Below, one piece after another: positions 35,857-48,922 of a stretch of 52,983 nt of DNA. Source of the stretch: Octopus bimaculoides (taxonomy: Eukaryota); NCBI RefSeq assembly GCF_001194135.2, contig NC_068987.1, positions 86,236,705 through 86,289,687 of the forward strand, read 5' to 3'. The notes below the pieces were generated by a model. That model was not told the origin of the DNA. It made no database searches and was given only the letters and a program-made list of their open reading frames with translations. Numbering within the stretch: the first letter of the stretch is position 1; the number at the start of each line of letters is the position of its first letter. Made by a program: the position numbers and the translations under genes.

Positions 35857-36420
35857 TTGGGTTGGCCTCTAAGTTCCCACCATTTTTTTTTTAGATATTT
35901 TAAAAGGTTTAATAAAAATAACAAGTAATTAATCAATAATATATTCAACCTTGTTGATTACAACTTCTTCCCAACATTCAACAAGATTTTCATTACTCGG
36001 TCGTAGAAACCATCCGTTTTCAACTCGAAAAATTGATCCAACAAAGCTCTCAATTCTGCATCAGTATTGAACGAAACTCCGCGAATAGCATTTGAAAGAG
36101 ATCGAAAGAGGTGGAAATCCGTTGGTGCCAATACAGGAGAGAACGGTGGGTGTGTCAGCACTTCCCAGCCATGCGTTTGAATGGCTTCTTTTATCATATT
36201 GGCGATATGAGGGCGGGCGCTGTCGTGCAGCTGAAGAATTCAATGCTGTCGATTAGGTCTTTTCTCTTGAATAGCCGTGTTGAGTCATTCCATCTGTTGA
36301 ACATAGAATTACGCGTTGACTGTTTAGTTCCGTTCAAGCAATTCGTAATGGATAATCCCATCCCAGTCCCACCATACGAACAACATCGTTTTACGCGGAT
36401 GAACAACTGCTTAGGCAGTT
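35857..36420 (-). pseudogene. Mariner transposase 3' half (DD34D) with 3' TIR
   Basis: PRKTMLFVWWDWDGIIHYELL, LHDSARPH, GWEVLTHPPFSPVLAPTDFHLFRSL (34 residues between the last two D), ending EYIID*. It has four in-frame stops and a frameshift. TA|TTGGGTTGGCC terminus at 35855-35867. Confidence 0.93.
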
Positions 36421-37020
36421 TATAAAAATCGAAATATAATTATATATTACAGTTTCTAGTTTTCAATATTTGTTTCTAATATTGCTGTGATTCTGCGCAT
36501 GGGTATATGGCGTATGGCACGCTTCCTTAATAAGACATTTATAACCCAAATTTACAATTATTTCAGAGTTATTATCATATTAACATTTAAGTATCAATTA
36601 AGTTCTGTTGTAAATCCGTAGGATCATTATGCATTACTAAACACACCCATTGTTTCTACTTGAAGTCCTTAATTATTATATGTTAATTCGTTAATATTTA
36701 TCTAATTAAATAACCCATTCTTTGACTCATAATCGCCCGGTCGATTAAAGAATGAGGTACCTTTTTCAAAGTCCTTTCGTAACCATACACGACCTAATTA
36801 ATGAAATATCTTGCGCTGTGTGAGGAGCAGCATATCAAAAGAATGTTCCCCCTGCGTTTCGTAAAAGTCGACTACAAGGGGTTGAGATAAGATTTCAATA
36901 CGACCTCGTAAAACCCTTACCAGCAACAATTACTCAAAGATATCGATTAGTTGAAAGTTTGTCACCTTAATGTTGTAAAGATGTCATCCAGCAATAGATG
37001 GTGGATATAGCGACGAGACA

Positions 37021-37061
37021 CTACTACTACTACTACTGCTGCTGCTGCTACTACTACTACA

Positions 37062-37127
<66 letters not shown>
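37021..37127. repeat. (CTA)n trinucleotide array with a (CTG)n interruption
   Basis: Direct reading. Confidence 0.95.
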
Positions 37128-37129
<2 letters not shown>

Positions 37130-38304
37130 ACAGTTAGTATGCGTCAGATCAGAAATTACCGCAATGTATAATTGACTGCAGTAATAAGATTTTGTTAACG
37201 ATGGTTATCCCCTTTTTTTTTGTTATTATATTAGTTTGAGTAGCCAACTCATAATAATTATGGACACTTAGTATATAATATTCAAATATACATACTATCG
37301 AAAATAATATTCCATCAACACTGCAATGTATAAAGAAGTCAGCGAGAAATAAACCAATATTTTATTGAATCACATTATTGCTTTTCATATCACAAATTAG
37401 CAACATTTAGATGGCGTACGTGAAAACCACTTACTTAATACTTAAACGTTTTTATCGGAAATATTGATCAGAGACGATTCTTAGATATGATCAGCTTTTA
37501 GAAATGAACCTGTCATATATATGTGTGTGTGTGTGTGTGTGCCTGTGTGTGTGCAATTGTTTACATTGATTTAGTTTGATTTCAAGAACAGCTTTCGCAA
37601 ATAAGATGCAATTCCTGATTGAATCGAATCCGATATTATTACTCGTAATTATTTTTCAACACTGAATTTTTCTGTGAATTATTCATTATATATCAATCAT
37701 CCAAGTAACATTCAAAATTTTCTTTTTATATATTTGTTATTCGGTCTCTATATCTACCATTATAATGTCTATTTCTTTGTCTCTCTCCCCCNNNNNNNNN
37801 NNNNNNNNNNNNNNNNNNNNNNNNNNNNNNNNNNNNNNNNNNNNNNNNNNNNNNNNNNNNNNNNNNNNNNNNNNNNNNNNNNNNNNNNNNNNNNNNNNNN
37901 NNNNNNNNNNNNNNNNNNNNNNNNNNNNNNNNNNNNNNNNNNNNNNNNNNNNNNNNNNNNNNNNNNNNNNNNNNNNNNNNNNNNNNNNNNNNNNNNNNNN
38001 NNNNNNNNNNNNNNNNNNNNNNNNNNNNNNNNNNNNNNNNNNNNNNNNNNNNNNNNNNNNNNNNNNNNNNNNNNNNNNNNNNNNNNNNNNNNNNNNNNNN
38101 NNNNNNNNNNNNNNNNNNNNNNNNNNNNNNNNNNNNNNNNNNNNNNNNNNNNNNNNNNNNNNNNNNNNNNNNNNNNNNNNNNNNNNNNNNNNNNNNNNNN
38201 NNNNNNNNNNNNNNNNNNNNNNNNNNNNNNNNNNNNNNNNNNNNNNNNNNNNNNNNNNNNNNNNNNNNNNNNNNNNNNNNNNNNNNNNNNNNNNNNNNNN
38301 NNNN

Positions 38305-38336
<32 letters not shown>

Positions 38337-39189
38337 GATTGCAACGCATCCATTTCCAAGTAAGTTTATCTTAATAATTTTGATGCGACTCTACTCCGTA
38401 CTGTTCTCTCTGTCTTGCTTTCTCTAATTCTTTTTTCTCACCTTCTCCCCCTTTCGTTTTTTTCTCTCTCATCCTTTCTCTAACTCTTTTTCCTCCCCTT
38501 CACCGGTTTCTATTTGTCTCGCTCTCTCACTCCCTCCTCCTCCTTTATTCTCGCTTGTTACTCACACGCGACCGTCGTCCATCTTTCTTTTCCTCACGTG
38601 ATCATCTTTCTTTTACTTCAGTCTGTCACGCAGACCAGAAGCATTTTAATCTGTCTCCCATGTTTTCTCTTGTCAAAGAATTATCCTCCAGCATTTGCTA
38701 CCTTTCCTCTTCTGGCCTAACGGCCCTCCTTGTTTGTTTTCCTTTGGTTTGTTTTATGTTTCCACTGTCATGTCTTTGTAACCAATTTTCACCGTCCGCG
38801 TATCCGAAATTTTATTTTGGTTGGTGGGAGCAACTGTTTTTCGAAGCTTCATGTTGTGGTTAATTCTCGAAATGTGGAGTAGATGAACAACCGACAACTG
38901 ATGAGGTGTCGTTCTTTGTGCTAATTGTCTTGCTTTCTATTTGTTTCTTTCGTTATTCGCATACCCAAGTTTGCCTTCGTATTTCATGTTGTTTAGTTTT
39001 TGTGACGTCCTGTACCCGTATATGCAAATATATACATATATAAGTATGTATTTATATATGTATGTATATATGCATATAGACACACGCGCACACACAAAAA
39101 CACACACACACACACAAATATATATAATATATATTAAACGTATGAATGTATGTATATATATGTGTGTGTGTGTGTGCATGGATATGAGT

Positions 39190-39205
39190 ATAGGCAAATA
39201 TATTT

Positions 39206-39281
<76 letters not shown>

Positions 39282-39400
39282 ATATACACGCGCACATACA
39301 CACATATAGATATATATGTATGCATATATTTATGTATGCATGTATGTACGTATATATGTGTATATATATGTATGTATTTATACGAATGTAAAATATGCCT
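39190..39400. repeat. (TA)n and degenerate TATG repeats
   Basis: Direct reading. Confidence 0.9.
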
Positions 39401-40751
39401 GTATATGATCTTGTATGCTTTTGTTTCTGCTTCTGTGAGGCTGTTTTCTTAATCCCATTCAAAATATATTTTCTCTCCTGAATATTATATAATATTAATT
39501 TCAAGACGAAAGGCATATTTGTTGGTGCAATATTCAAAATTTAATTATCGTTCTTTAATATTTTTCCTAACATGTTTGAGAGTAAACATATCATATAATT
39601 AGATTAGCTATATTAGGTGCTTCTAACTCCTTTGAACTCCCATTTGTAGTATTTGAATATACCGTTAATATGATTATGTTTTTCTTGGAAAATATGACAA
39701 TACGAAAACAACAAGTAAATACAGTGAAAGGCGTCAATTATGTAAATCCTTATTTAACTTGTGGAAATTTACTGATAGATAAACTGGGAGGTAAAATTTC
39801 ATTCCCGTTATTAGTTTCGTAATTATATGAGAAAAATATGATAATATATTTTGAAACAGGTTAAATATAAATGTATATAAGCATCGCCGTGAAATAAATT
39901 AATTAATTTCTAGGCGAAAAGAAAATGTCCTTAAGCTACCAGGTAAAGAGTAATATAGTGCGTACGTTATGACGTCATCGCTTTCACGAATAACGGGACA
40001 TTAATATTCTCATCATTGTTTCGCTATATCTTCGGAAATCACAAATGTTAACGAATGTAACATCTCCACGAGTTAAGAATTAATCCAAAGTAAGAATTTT
40101 GAATTTATACATTATACATTAAGAAATCAATGCAATGTATGCGTTGCCATAATTTGGCTTTAATTTGTTTAGTCGAGATGTGACGTAGACTCCGCGTGCT
40201 TATAAAGTGTATATGCACGGGTGCTTGTTTATCGTAATATTGTTGTTTTGTATATGTATATCAGAGGTTTGTAAGCTTGTTTACGTCTACGAACATTTTA
40301 TTAGCTTATATACCTAGAGGAGAGATTGATACAACCACTTTCAAATAAGTAACCAGTTGTGACAATCATTTTATATCATAGAAATATTACTTTCATTTGA
40401 ATTTTCACACTTCAAGACAAATGTCATTAAATCTATGTTATTTAATATTCATTGGGAAGTTAATTATTTTAAAATTTTCTACAATTATTGAAGCTTTAAA
40501 TACAGCGTGGTGCAAATGCAGGTATTCGGTTGTGAAAAAAGTTAACATCTTCAATACTCATTTATGTTAAACAGAAAAATTAAAATTTACGATAAAAATA
40601 TTATGATAAATGCTTTATTATGATTAATGACACTGAAAATATTAAAAATGAGGCTAACTAATAATTTTGCTAATAATTTTGATACATTAAGTATTATAAC
40701 AATGATGTGATACTATATACCTAATTTTCTTTCACCTGTATATTGCACAGA

Positions 40752-40950
40752 TTATGGCACAAAGCCAACGATTTTAGGAGTAGAGTTAAGTCAATTACAT
40801 TCCTCCCTGTGCACAACACGTACTTATTTTATCATCTCCCAGAAGAATAAAAGGCAAAGTCACTCTTGACGAAATTTGAACTTAAAGATGGATGAAATAC
40901 CGCTAAGTGTCATAGCCGGCGTGCTCGCGATTCTGCCAGCTCGCCGCCTA
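40752..40950 (-). mobile_element. SINE family C
   Basis: TGGCACAA end, AAAGGCAAAGTC, AATTTGAACT, GAAATACCGCTAAG and TTCTGCCAGCTCGCCGCCT. Confidence 0.8.
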
Positions 40951-40973
40951 TGTAGCTCTGAAGGTATTGGTTT

Positions 40974-41090
40974 CCAACTGTGGCACAAGGCCAGAAATTT
41001 CGGAGGAGGGTGTAAGTCGGATACATTGGCCTTAGTGTTCAACTGCAATTTATTTTAAAGAAAGCATGAAAGGCAAAGTCGACCTGGGAA
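40974..41090 (-). mobile_element. SINE family C 3' part
   Basis: TGGCACAAGGCCAGAAATTT...ATGAAAGGCAAAGTCGACCT. Confidence 0.75.
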
Positions 41091-41439
41091 GAGTAGCTTT
41101 AAACGTATTTATGTATATTTTGCTAAACTCTATATTTGTAAGCATAATGTTGTTGGAAATGGTTGTCAGATAAAAAATGTTGCCAAAAAATTCCTCTAGA
41201 CTTCAAATCTCGTCGTAAAAAAATTTGGTTTCAATGAATTTGATGTGGCAAAATTAAGGACGTTTCCAAATGTGTGGGTTGGAATAATTATGAGAATGGT
41301 GGCTCAGTTATATAACATCATTCTGGGTTCAAATCATAATTATGCAAAGCAGCAAATAATTTTTGGAGTGAAAATTGGTTGAAAGCTACAACAGAAATAT
41401 ATTTATAAACTGTAATGGTGGTTTTCGTTACAGAGAATG

Positions 41440-41665
41440 GACAGGCGCGTGGATTAGTGGTTAAGGTTTTGGACCCATGATCGTAAGATTGTGGTTTCGA
41501 TTCCTGGACTGGGCGATGCGTTCTGTTCTTCAGCAAAACACTACATTTCACCTTGTTCCAGTGCACTCAGCTGGCAAAAGTGAGTAATCTTGCGATAGAT
41601 CAGCGTCCCGTCCAGGTGGGGAATTTCTACGCCACTGAAACCGGGAAACCGGCCCTTATGAGCTC
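41440..41665 (+). mobile_element. SINE family D, full length
   Basis: tRNA-like head (TGGATTAGTGG, GGTTTCGATTCC), core CACTCAGCTGGCAAAAGTGAGTA, then GCGATAGATCAGCGTCCCGTCCAGGTGGG and GAAACCGGGAAACCGG. Confidence 0.85.
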
Positions 41666-41718
41666 GAGAAGAAAACATTTCTTCTTCTTCTTTGGTATAG
41701 AGAAATATTCAAAGTAAA

Positions 41719-41900
41719 TTTTGGTACAAGTCCAGCAAGTTTCGAGCAGGGGCTAAGTCCATTAAACAGAGCCCGTTTTTCAAGTAGAACTTATTTTATT
41801 GACACCAAAGGATGAAAAGCAAAGTTAAACACGGTAGAATTTGGACTCAGAGTTTAAAAGCTTATGAAATGCTGCCAAGTATTTTACCTGGCCTGCAAAG
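41719..41900 (-). mobile_element. SINE family C, diverged
   Basis: TTTTATTGACACCAAAGGATGAAAAGCAAAGTT...GAATTTGGACTCAGA. Confidence 0.7.
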
Positions 41901-42349
41901 AATACATTATCTTCACAGAAAATAATGTATACCAATGTGGGAATCGTGCCACAATATTAGGAATAGTAGAAATTATTTTTGGAACAAAAATCAATTTGAT
42001 ATAATACAATATCTTTTAGAACGTATGATTTGTCAAGTAAATGAGACGCATCTTTGCCTCCACTGATTCACTTGCACAGTGTTGAGTAAAATTATTTCGT
42101 TGCAGACCTCCTTTGAGTCTTTTTATTATCACTACGACACACATAGTCCCCAGTTGGTAACATTGATTTCAAGGCCCTCCTAGATGAGAGACTGGCATTC
42201 CAATTAATGTCTATGTTCCATGCTGGCATGGATTGGAGAGGTATTAATGTAGAAATATGGTATCGTAGCTACTAACAGTTGAGGGTTGCGTAGTCTAGAC
42301 GGCGTTTTTAGATTTCATTATTCTCTTTAACCCGGGCAANNNNNNNNNN

Positions 42350-42382
<33 letters not shown>

Positions 42383-42574
42383 ATGTATATATGTATATAG
42401 TATGATATGTGTATTGGTACTAGGTACGCGGTGAATTGTGTGAACAAGATCTTCCACTTGCAACCACATGATTTCGCAATCAATCTCACACCGAAATACT
42501 TTCAGAAAGCATCTTCTACATCATAGCCACCGGCTGCAGAGTACTATGTGTGTGTACAAATATATATGTAACAT

Positions 42575-42747
42575 ATGCTTAGCGGTATTTCGTCTGCCGC
42601 TACATTCTGAGATGTAATTCCGCCGAGATCGACTTTGCCTTTCATCTTTTCGAGGTCGATAAATTAAGTACCAGTTGTGTCCTGGGGTTGATGTGATCGA
42701 CTATCCCTCTCCATAAAAACTTTCAGCCCTTGTGCCTATAGTAGGCA

Positions 42748-42750
<3 letters not shown>
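42575..42750 (+). mobile_element. SINE family C, 5' truncated
   Basis: ATGCTTAGCGGTATTTCGTCTGCCGCTAC...CGACTTTGCCTTTCATC...GGTCGATAAATTAAGTACCAGTT. Confidence 0.85.
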
Positions 42751-42791
<41 letters not shown>

Positions 42792-43844
42792 CAGTTTAGC
42801 TAGGTGTAAAATACACTTCAAGGATATTAAATATCCAAAGAATTTTCTGGTTTATATTACCTATATCAATAACAATGTTACTTCAATAGGTAAATAAAAT
42901 AAACATGATATTTTTCGTCAAATAGCTAAGAAGGTATGTTAATCTCATGAAGCTTCATTACATATTTAAACGGATTTCATTCTTCTTGAAAAAATTCGTT
43001 TTATTAATGAAACGGAAACAGCTGTATTCTATGAGATATGTCATTGGTTTGTATAGAATATTTAAATTGAATTGAATTTATAATTGTTCAATTTATTGTT
43101 TTGATTTTCTATTTCTGATATATATATATATATATATATGTAGCTGCTTTCTGGAATATATCTAGTATTCCTTCATTTCGTTATACTTCAATGACAGAAA
43201 TTGGTTCTCACTGATCTCTTTAATATACAGTTACACTTCTGTTTCTGTTATGCTATGATGATTACTTTGAAGGAAGTCTGTCTACTATCTACATAATTTT
43301 CTAACGGGTTCATTTGAATAATTTTAAATTATATCATAACCCTTTGGAACTTCAAATGTTTTAAACTGCGTCAGTAAGACAGAATCTCCCTTGTTGTTTA
43401 TATTAATTGCAATTTCTTTGTTTTCTTCTTTTTGGTTATATATCGATCTATGATGAACCTGATGCTTACTATATACAACAACATGACAAAACTGCCATTG
43501 TATTTCTTTCCAATTAATCAGTTATATATCAATACATTCGAATCATAAATTCATGTCATGAATTATGGTAACATATACAGAAAATCTGTGTAAGATGAAT
43601 TCGCGATAACAACATAACGTTTCCTTAACAAAAAAAATAAATGAATGTCTGATACAGCTCTCATTATTACTGCATAATTCATTTATATTTTGGAAGAAAA
43701 TTATGGCTTAACATTCGATAAAGTGGAATATGTGTTTACTATATGCATGTACATACTTATGTCTCTATGCAAGTTTGTACCATGTGTATGGATAGCTTGA
43801 TTGATGGTTGAATACGTGTGTTTGTATGTGTGTGCTTGTATGTA

Positions 43845-43881
<37 letters not shown>

Positions 43882-44194
43882 ATGTGTGTATATGTGTGCG
43901 TGTATATGTATATATGTGTGTGAGAGTGTGTGTGTGCGTGTTCCAGCGATGCACTTCACGATGGATATAAACATCGGCTATAAATGACAGCCCACTGGCA
44001 GCCTTATCAACGTGTCCTAAAAACGTCAGTGACCACTGACACGCTCATCAGAAAAGTGGGAAGGAGGACGTTAGCTTAAAACTTTGTAAAATATTACAAA
44101 TGAATACGTTATTCTCATGACACAACTGCGATGAGATTTTTTTTCAGTTTCAATGCAATTCACTTATACGACAAGTAAAACATTTAATGCAATT

Positions 44195-45163
44195 CAGTTA
44201 TTTTACATTTGTTGTGAGTTCAACACATGCTTCATGCGTTAGTATATTGGGTTAATTATTTCTTTCAATTTGTCTATAAAACTTAAATCGTTAATGACAG
44301 CATGTGTGTTAAAATGCATCCGAATTTAATGCCCTACAGATCACGCAATTTTAACGTAAGTTTAACTGATGTGTATACAACGTACGTTTAACTGATGTGC
44401 GTGCAAATCTAAAATTTTCTTTTTTTTTTTTCCTTATTATGTCGACAATATAAATAACAAGTCAGGCACTGACGTTTACTGGACTGCCTTATATATTTGC
44501 ATGTAGTGGAGTTATCCGAACTAATTTCATATATATTTATTATTATATATATATTTATTATTATATTATTATTATTTATTATTTATAGTAACATTTTTGA
44601 TAAAATGATGATTCCAATGTTCTGTTTACACAACATTATTAAATATTGAAACTATGTTAAACTGAACTTATTCCCGAAGTCAGCAAGTTTAGAGCAAAAC
44701 ATTTTGGTCGATATGGTCAATTTCAGTACTTCACTGTTTTTTCATTGACCATGAAACTATGACTGGCAACGTTAAACTCGGTTGGATTTGTAAAATGTAG
44801 GAAAAAATGCTGCAAGGCTTTTTAACAAATTTTGTAAAGCTTATGAGAGCCTGCTATCATACACTGCTGAAAGTAATCACGAGTTAAACTGAATTCAGTT
44901 TATTTACTTCAGTTTGGCTCCCTGATAATTAATACTTAAAAATAATGTTTCGTCTGTCGAGTGTGTAATTGCTTTTTCTCTTCAATACATTATCTGTGTG
45001 AATGCTTGCTGAAATTGCGTGATCTCCAGGGCATTAAATTCGGATGTATTTTAACACAAGCTGTCATTAGCGATTTGATTTTTATGGAGAAATTGAAAGA
45101 TGTAATTAACTCAATATACTAGAGCATCAAGCATGTGTTGAATCCACGACAAATGTAAAACTG
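44195..45163. repeat. Long inverted repeat, arms about 165 bp
   Basis: 44195-44360 aligns to the reverse complement of 45005-45163. By hand about 20 differences in about 150 aligned bases. Confidence 0.9.
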
Positions 45164-45597
45164 TCATGTTCAATATTCAATGAAGCAAAAACGTTATTAA
45201 ATATAGGATTCTTTTTCTTTTTTTCAAAACACACCCCGTACACTTAAAAGTCTATGATCCTTTACTACATAATTGTATCGCTGTAACTTAAAATTTAGAG
45301 AATATTAAGGGCGAATGATATTTTAAAAAATCGTTTTATACTTGTATATTTATTTGAATACGAAACCTTATACCAACCATTCCTTCATTTTAAATCTACT
45401 TTTTTCTGTATATGATACTTCTATATCCATTACATAATTGCTTAACTTCAGTCAAATTTTGAAGCTTCAGTTGTCGTTTCATTACACTAATTAGAGATAT
45501 GGGCAGAATACAATTCCTTACATTTCGTAAAGGTAAGGGATTGTATTGCTGGATTAGATTCTGTCGATCAAAACCTGTGGAATACTGCTCATCAGAA

Positions 45598-45606
45598 TAT
45601 CTATCA

Positions 45607-45657
<51 letters not shown>

Positions 45658-45668
45658 NNNNNNNNNNA

Positions 45669-45711
<43 letters not shown>
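45598..45711. repeat. (CTAT)n and (CT)n arrays around a 10-N gap
   Basis: Direct reading. Confidence 0.95.
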
Positions 45712-45713
<2 letters not shown>

Positions 45714-48485
45714 AAATATATATATATATATCCATGGTGATCCAGATGTTTAGCATATATAATCATATAACAAAGCTATATATATAGGAATGAGTAAAGC
45801 CACCAAAGAAGGCACTCAACTCATTTATTGGAAGTTACATGTATGGATGAAAGCAGTTTGATTTAAAATCCTTCGCACTCTCAGTTTCAAGCGTGACGCC
45901 AATCTTCGGCCGTTGGAGTTTGAATGTGACGGTAAGTGAAGACAGTCAATGTTTATTACGGTCGTTAGCCTGCGATTGGTCGAGAAAAGTCACGCGGTAT
46001 CAAAGTCTGATGTTGGAATTCGGTTACAGCAATTACTTGGAAAATGCCGCATGGGGAACACTAAATAGGCCGCATGGTTGACAGAAAATCAGTCGCGTGG
46101 TTTGCAGTGGGGAAGAGGTACGAATGGGCGATGTGTATGTATGTGTGTGTATGCATATGTGCATGTGTATGCATGTACCTATATATCTGTGCACGCAAGC
46201 GTCTGCGTGTTTCCTGCATTAATGTGCGTGTGAATGTTTGTGTGCATGGGTGTACAGTCACGCATGCACACACACACGCATGCGCACGCATTTACTCATG
46301 CAAGCAGACGCACATATGAGTGGATATGCGCGTATGTATTTGCACACGAGTAGAAGCACACGCGCGCACATGAGCATGTACGCGCATATATAAATGTTTG
46401 TATGCACATACACGAACACCCATGGACGCGCGTGCGCACATATGCATGCCAACGCGCATGTTTCCGCGTGCTTACAGTATATAGATGTATGCGAGGAGTA
46501 ACGCACATCGCATGCGTATATACTCTGTGGTTATGTAGAAGGAGTGAAGGTATACTGGTAGACAGGCATGAAGAATCGTTGCAGATTGGTGATTTGCGGT
46601 GCTGTTCTTGAAAGTTATTTGGTGACGCTGGCCTTGGTGCAGGTGGTGCAGGGGGAAGTTGGTACAGCAATAGGATAGATCGTATTTCTTCCTGAAAGAT
46701 ATTGTATGTAGGTAGATATGTAGTTTTTTGCGGAGGTGATGCGGCATTTAGGGGTGCCGAATGAATATGGTGACTCCCTGTCGACAGTAGTCCATTTGGT
46801 GCTGGTTGTTTCGTCTTGGAGGTCACGGAACCTCCAGGAAAAGGTAAAAGAAGTTTACCTTACACCAAACCTCTATTAATTGCATAAATCGTCAGACATT
46901 ATATATATCCAATCCGATTCATTACTTTTTATTAAAGTTTCTATCACTTTGAAATACCTCTTAATTATATCTACTACTCGCCAGTATATAACCTCTTGTT
47001 TTGATGAATATATTTTCCACTTTGTTCAACCACAATTTCCGCACCGTTTTAACAGTTAGAAAATTAATAAATGGCTATTAAGCTTAATCGAAACTATGTC
47101 TATTTTGTGGGAATATCCTGAATTGCTCCAATACATACACACACGCGCATACGCACACACACACACACACACACATATATCTATGTATATGTATGTATAT
47201 GTATGTATATTTATGTATAGGTATATATATATATANNNNNNNNNNNNNNNNNNNNNNNNNNNNNNNNNNNNNNNNNNNNNNNNNNNNNNNNNNNNNNNNN
47301 NNNNNNNNNNNNNNNNNNNNNNNNNNNNNNNNNNNNNNNNNNNNNNNNNNNNNNNNNNNNNNNNNNNNNNNNNNNNNNNNNNNNNNNNNNNNNNNNNNNN
47401 NNNNNNNNNNNNNNNNNNNNNNNNNNNNNNNNNNNNNNNNNNNNNNNNNNNNNNNNNNNNNNNNNNNNNNNNNNNNNNNNNNNNNNNNNNNNNNNNNNNN
47501 NNNNNNNNNNNNNNNNNNNNNNNNNNNNNNNNNNNNNNNNNNNNNNNNNNNNNNNNNNNNNNNNNNNNNNNNNNNNNNNNNNNNNNNNNNNNNNNNNNNN
47601 NNNNNNNNNNNNNNNNNNNNNNNNNNNNNNNNNNNNNNNNNNNNNNNNNNNNNNNNNNNNNNNNNNNNNNNNNNNNNNNNNNNNNNNNNNNNNNNNNNNN
47701 NNNNNNNNNNNNNNNNNNNNNNNNNNNNNNNNNNNNNNNNNNNNNNNNNNNNNNNNNNNNNNNNNNNNNNNNNNNNNNNNNNNNNNNNNNNNNNNNNNNN
47801 NNNNNNNNNNNNNNNNNNNNNNNNNNNNNNNNNNNNNNNNNNNNNNNNNNNNNNNNNNNNNNNNNNNNNNNNNNNNNNNNNNNNNNNNNNNNNNNNNNNN
47901 NNNNNNNNNNNNNNNNNNNNNNNNNNNNNNNNNNNNNNNNNNNNNNNNNAACATTCAAACTAGAGTAAAACAAAAACACACTTAAATGATAATAACAATA
48001 ATAATAATAATGATGATAATGTTCTTAATAAATTCACTCTAAAGAACTCTAGTATATACCAATATACACAATTAAAATAAAATTTAATCTTATATCAATT
48101 CAGCAAAAAAAATATATATCCCTCAGTACTATCACGTTATATTACATCTCAATATCCGTAGAACAGAAAACCGTCTTCAATGAAAAACCCACCTATAATA
48201 AAATTCTAACTCACACATACGGTAATTCATACTACACGTATCTATATTCTAACTATACCTACACACACTCTAATATATATTTTTATATATTATACATTAA
48301 ATATTAAATAATAAATAAAAAAAACTGAATAAAATCAAACAAACTCATCTTTACCTACGAATGTAAACAAAACAAAACCCCTTCACCGAAACAGCGGTCT
48401 TTACCGAAAAAATCCCCAAACAAAAACTATACCTCATACATATCGTGACTTTCTAATACACCTATCTATATTCTTAATATATTAA

Positions 48486-48820
48486 CTATACACACCCATA
48501 TACACACACACAAACACACACACACATACACATACACATATATACACACACACACACACGCACACACATATATATATATATATATATACATATATACATA
48601 TATACACATACATACACACATATATACATATATACATACATATACACACACACATACACACATATACATATATATACATACACAAACATACACATACGCA
48701 TACATACACATATATATACATATATACATATATACACACATACAGATATATATATATGCATACACACAACACACACACACACACGTACACACACACACGT
48801 ACACACACACACACACATAC

Positions 48821-48853
<33 letters not shown>

Positions 48854-48900
48854 GATACATACACATATATATGCATACATACATACATATACACTCTTAT
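48486..48900. repeat. Long compound (CA)/(TA) microsatellite
   Basis: Direct reading. Confidence 0.95.
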
Positions 48901-48922
48901 ATTTATGCAACAGACCTAATTC

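Noticed and set aside
38898-38930. CTGATGA, a canonical hammerhead core start (also at about 18322, 18349 and 20152)
   Set aside because: None is followed by a stem II and GAAA.
39969-40207. Perfect CRE palindrome ATGACGTCAT (39969-39978), TGACGT (40181) and TATAAAG (40201)
   Set aside because: These are short motifs with no supporting downstream initiator, exon or gene.
42331-42339. CCCGGGCAA, half of a Helitron-type 3' hairpin
   Set aside because: It is cut by a gap, so the second arm and CTAG cannot be seen.
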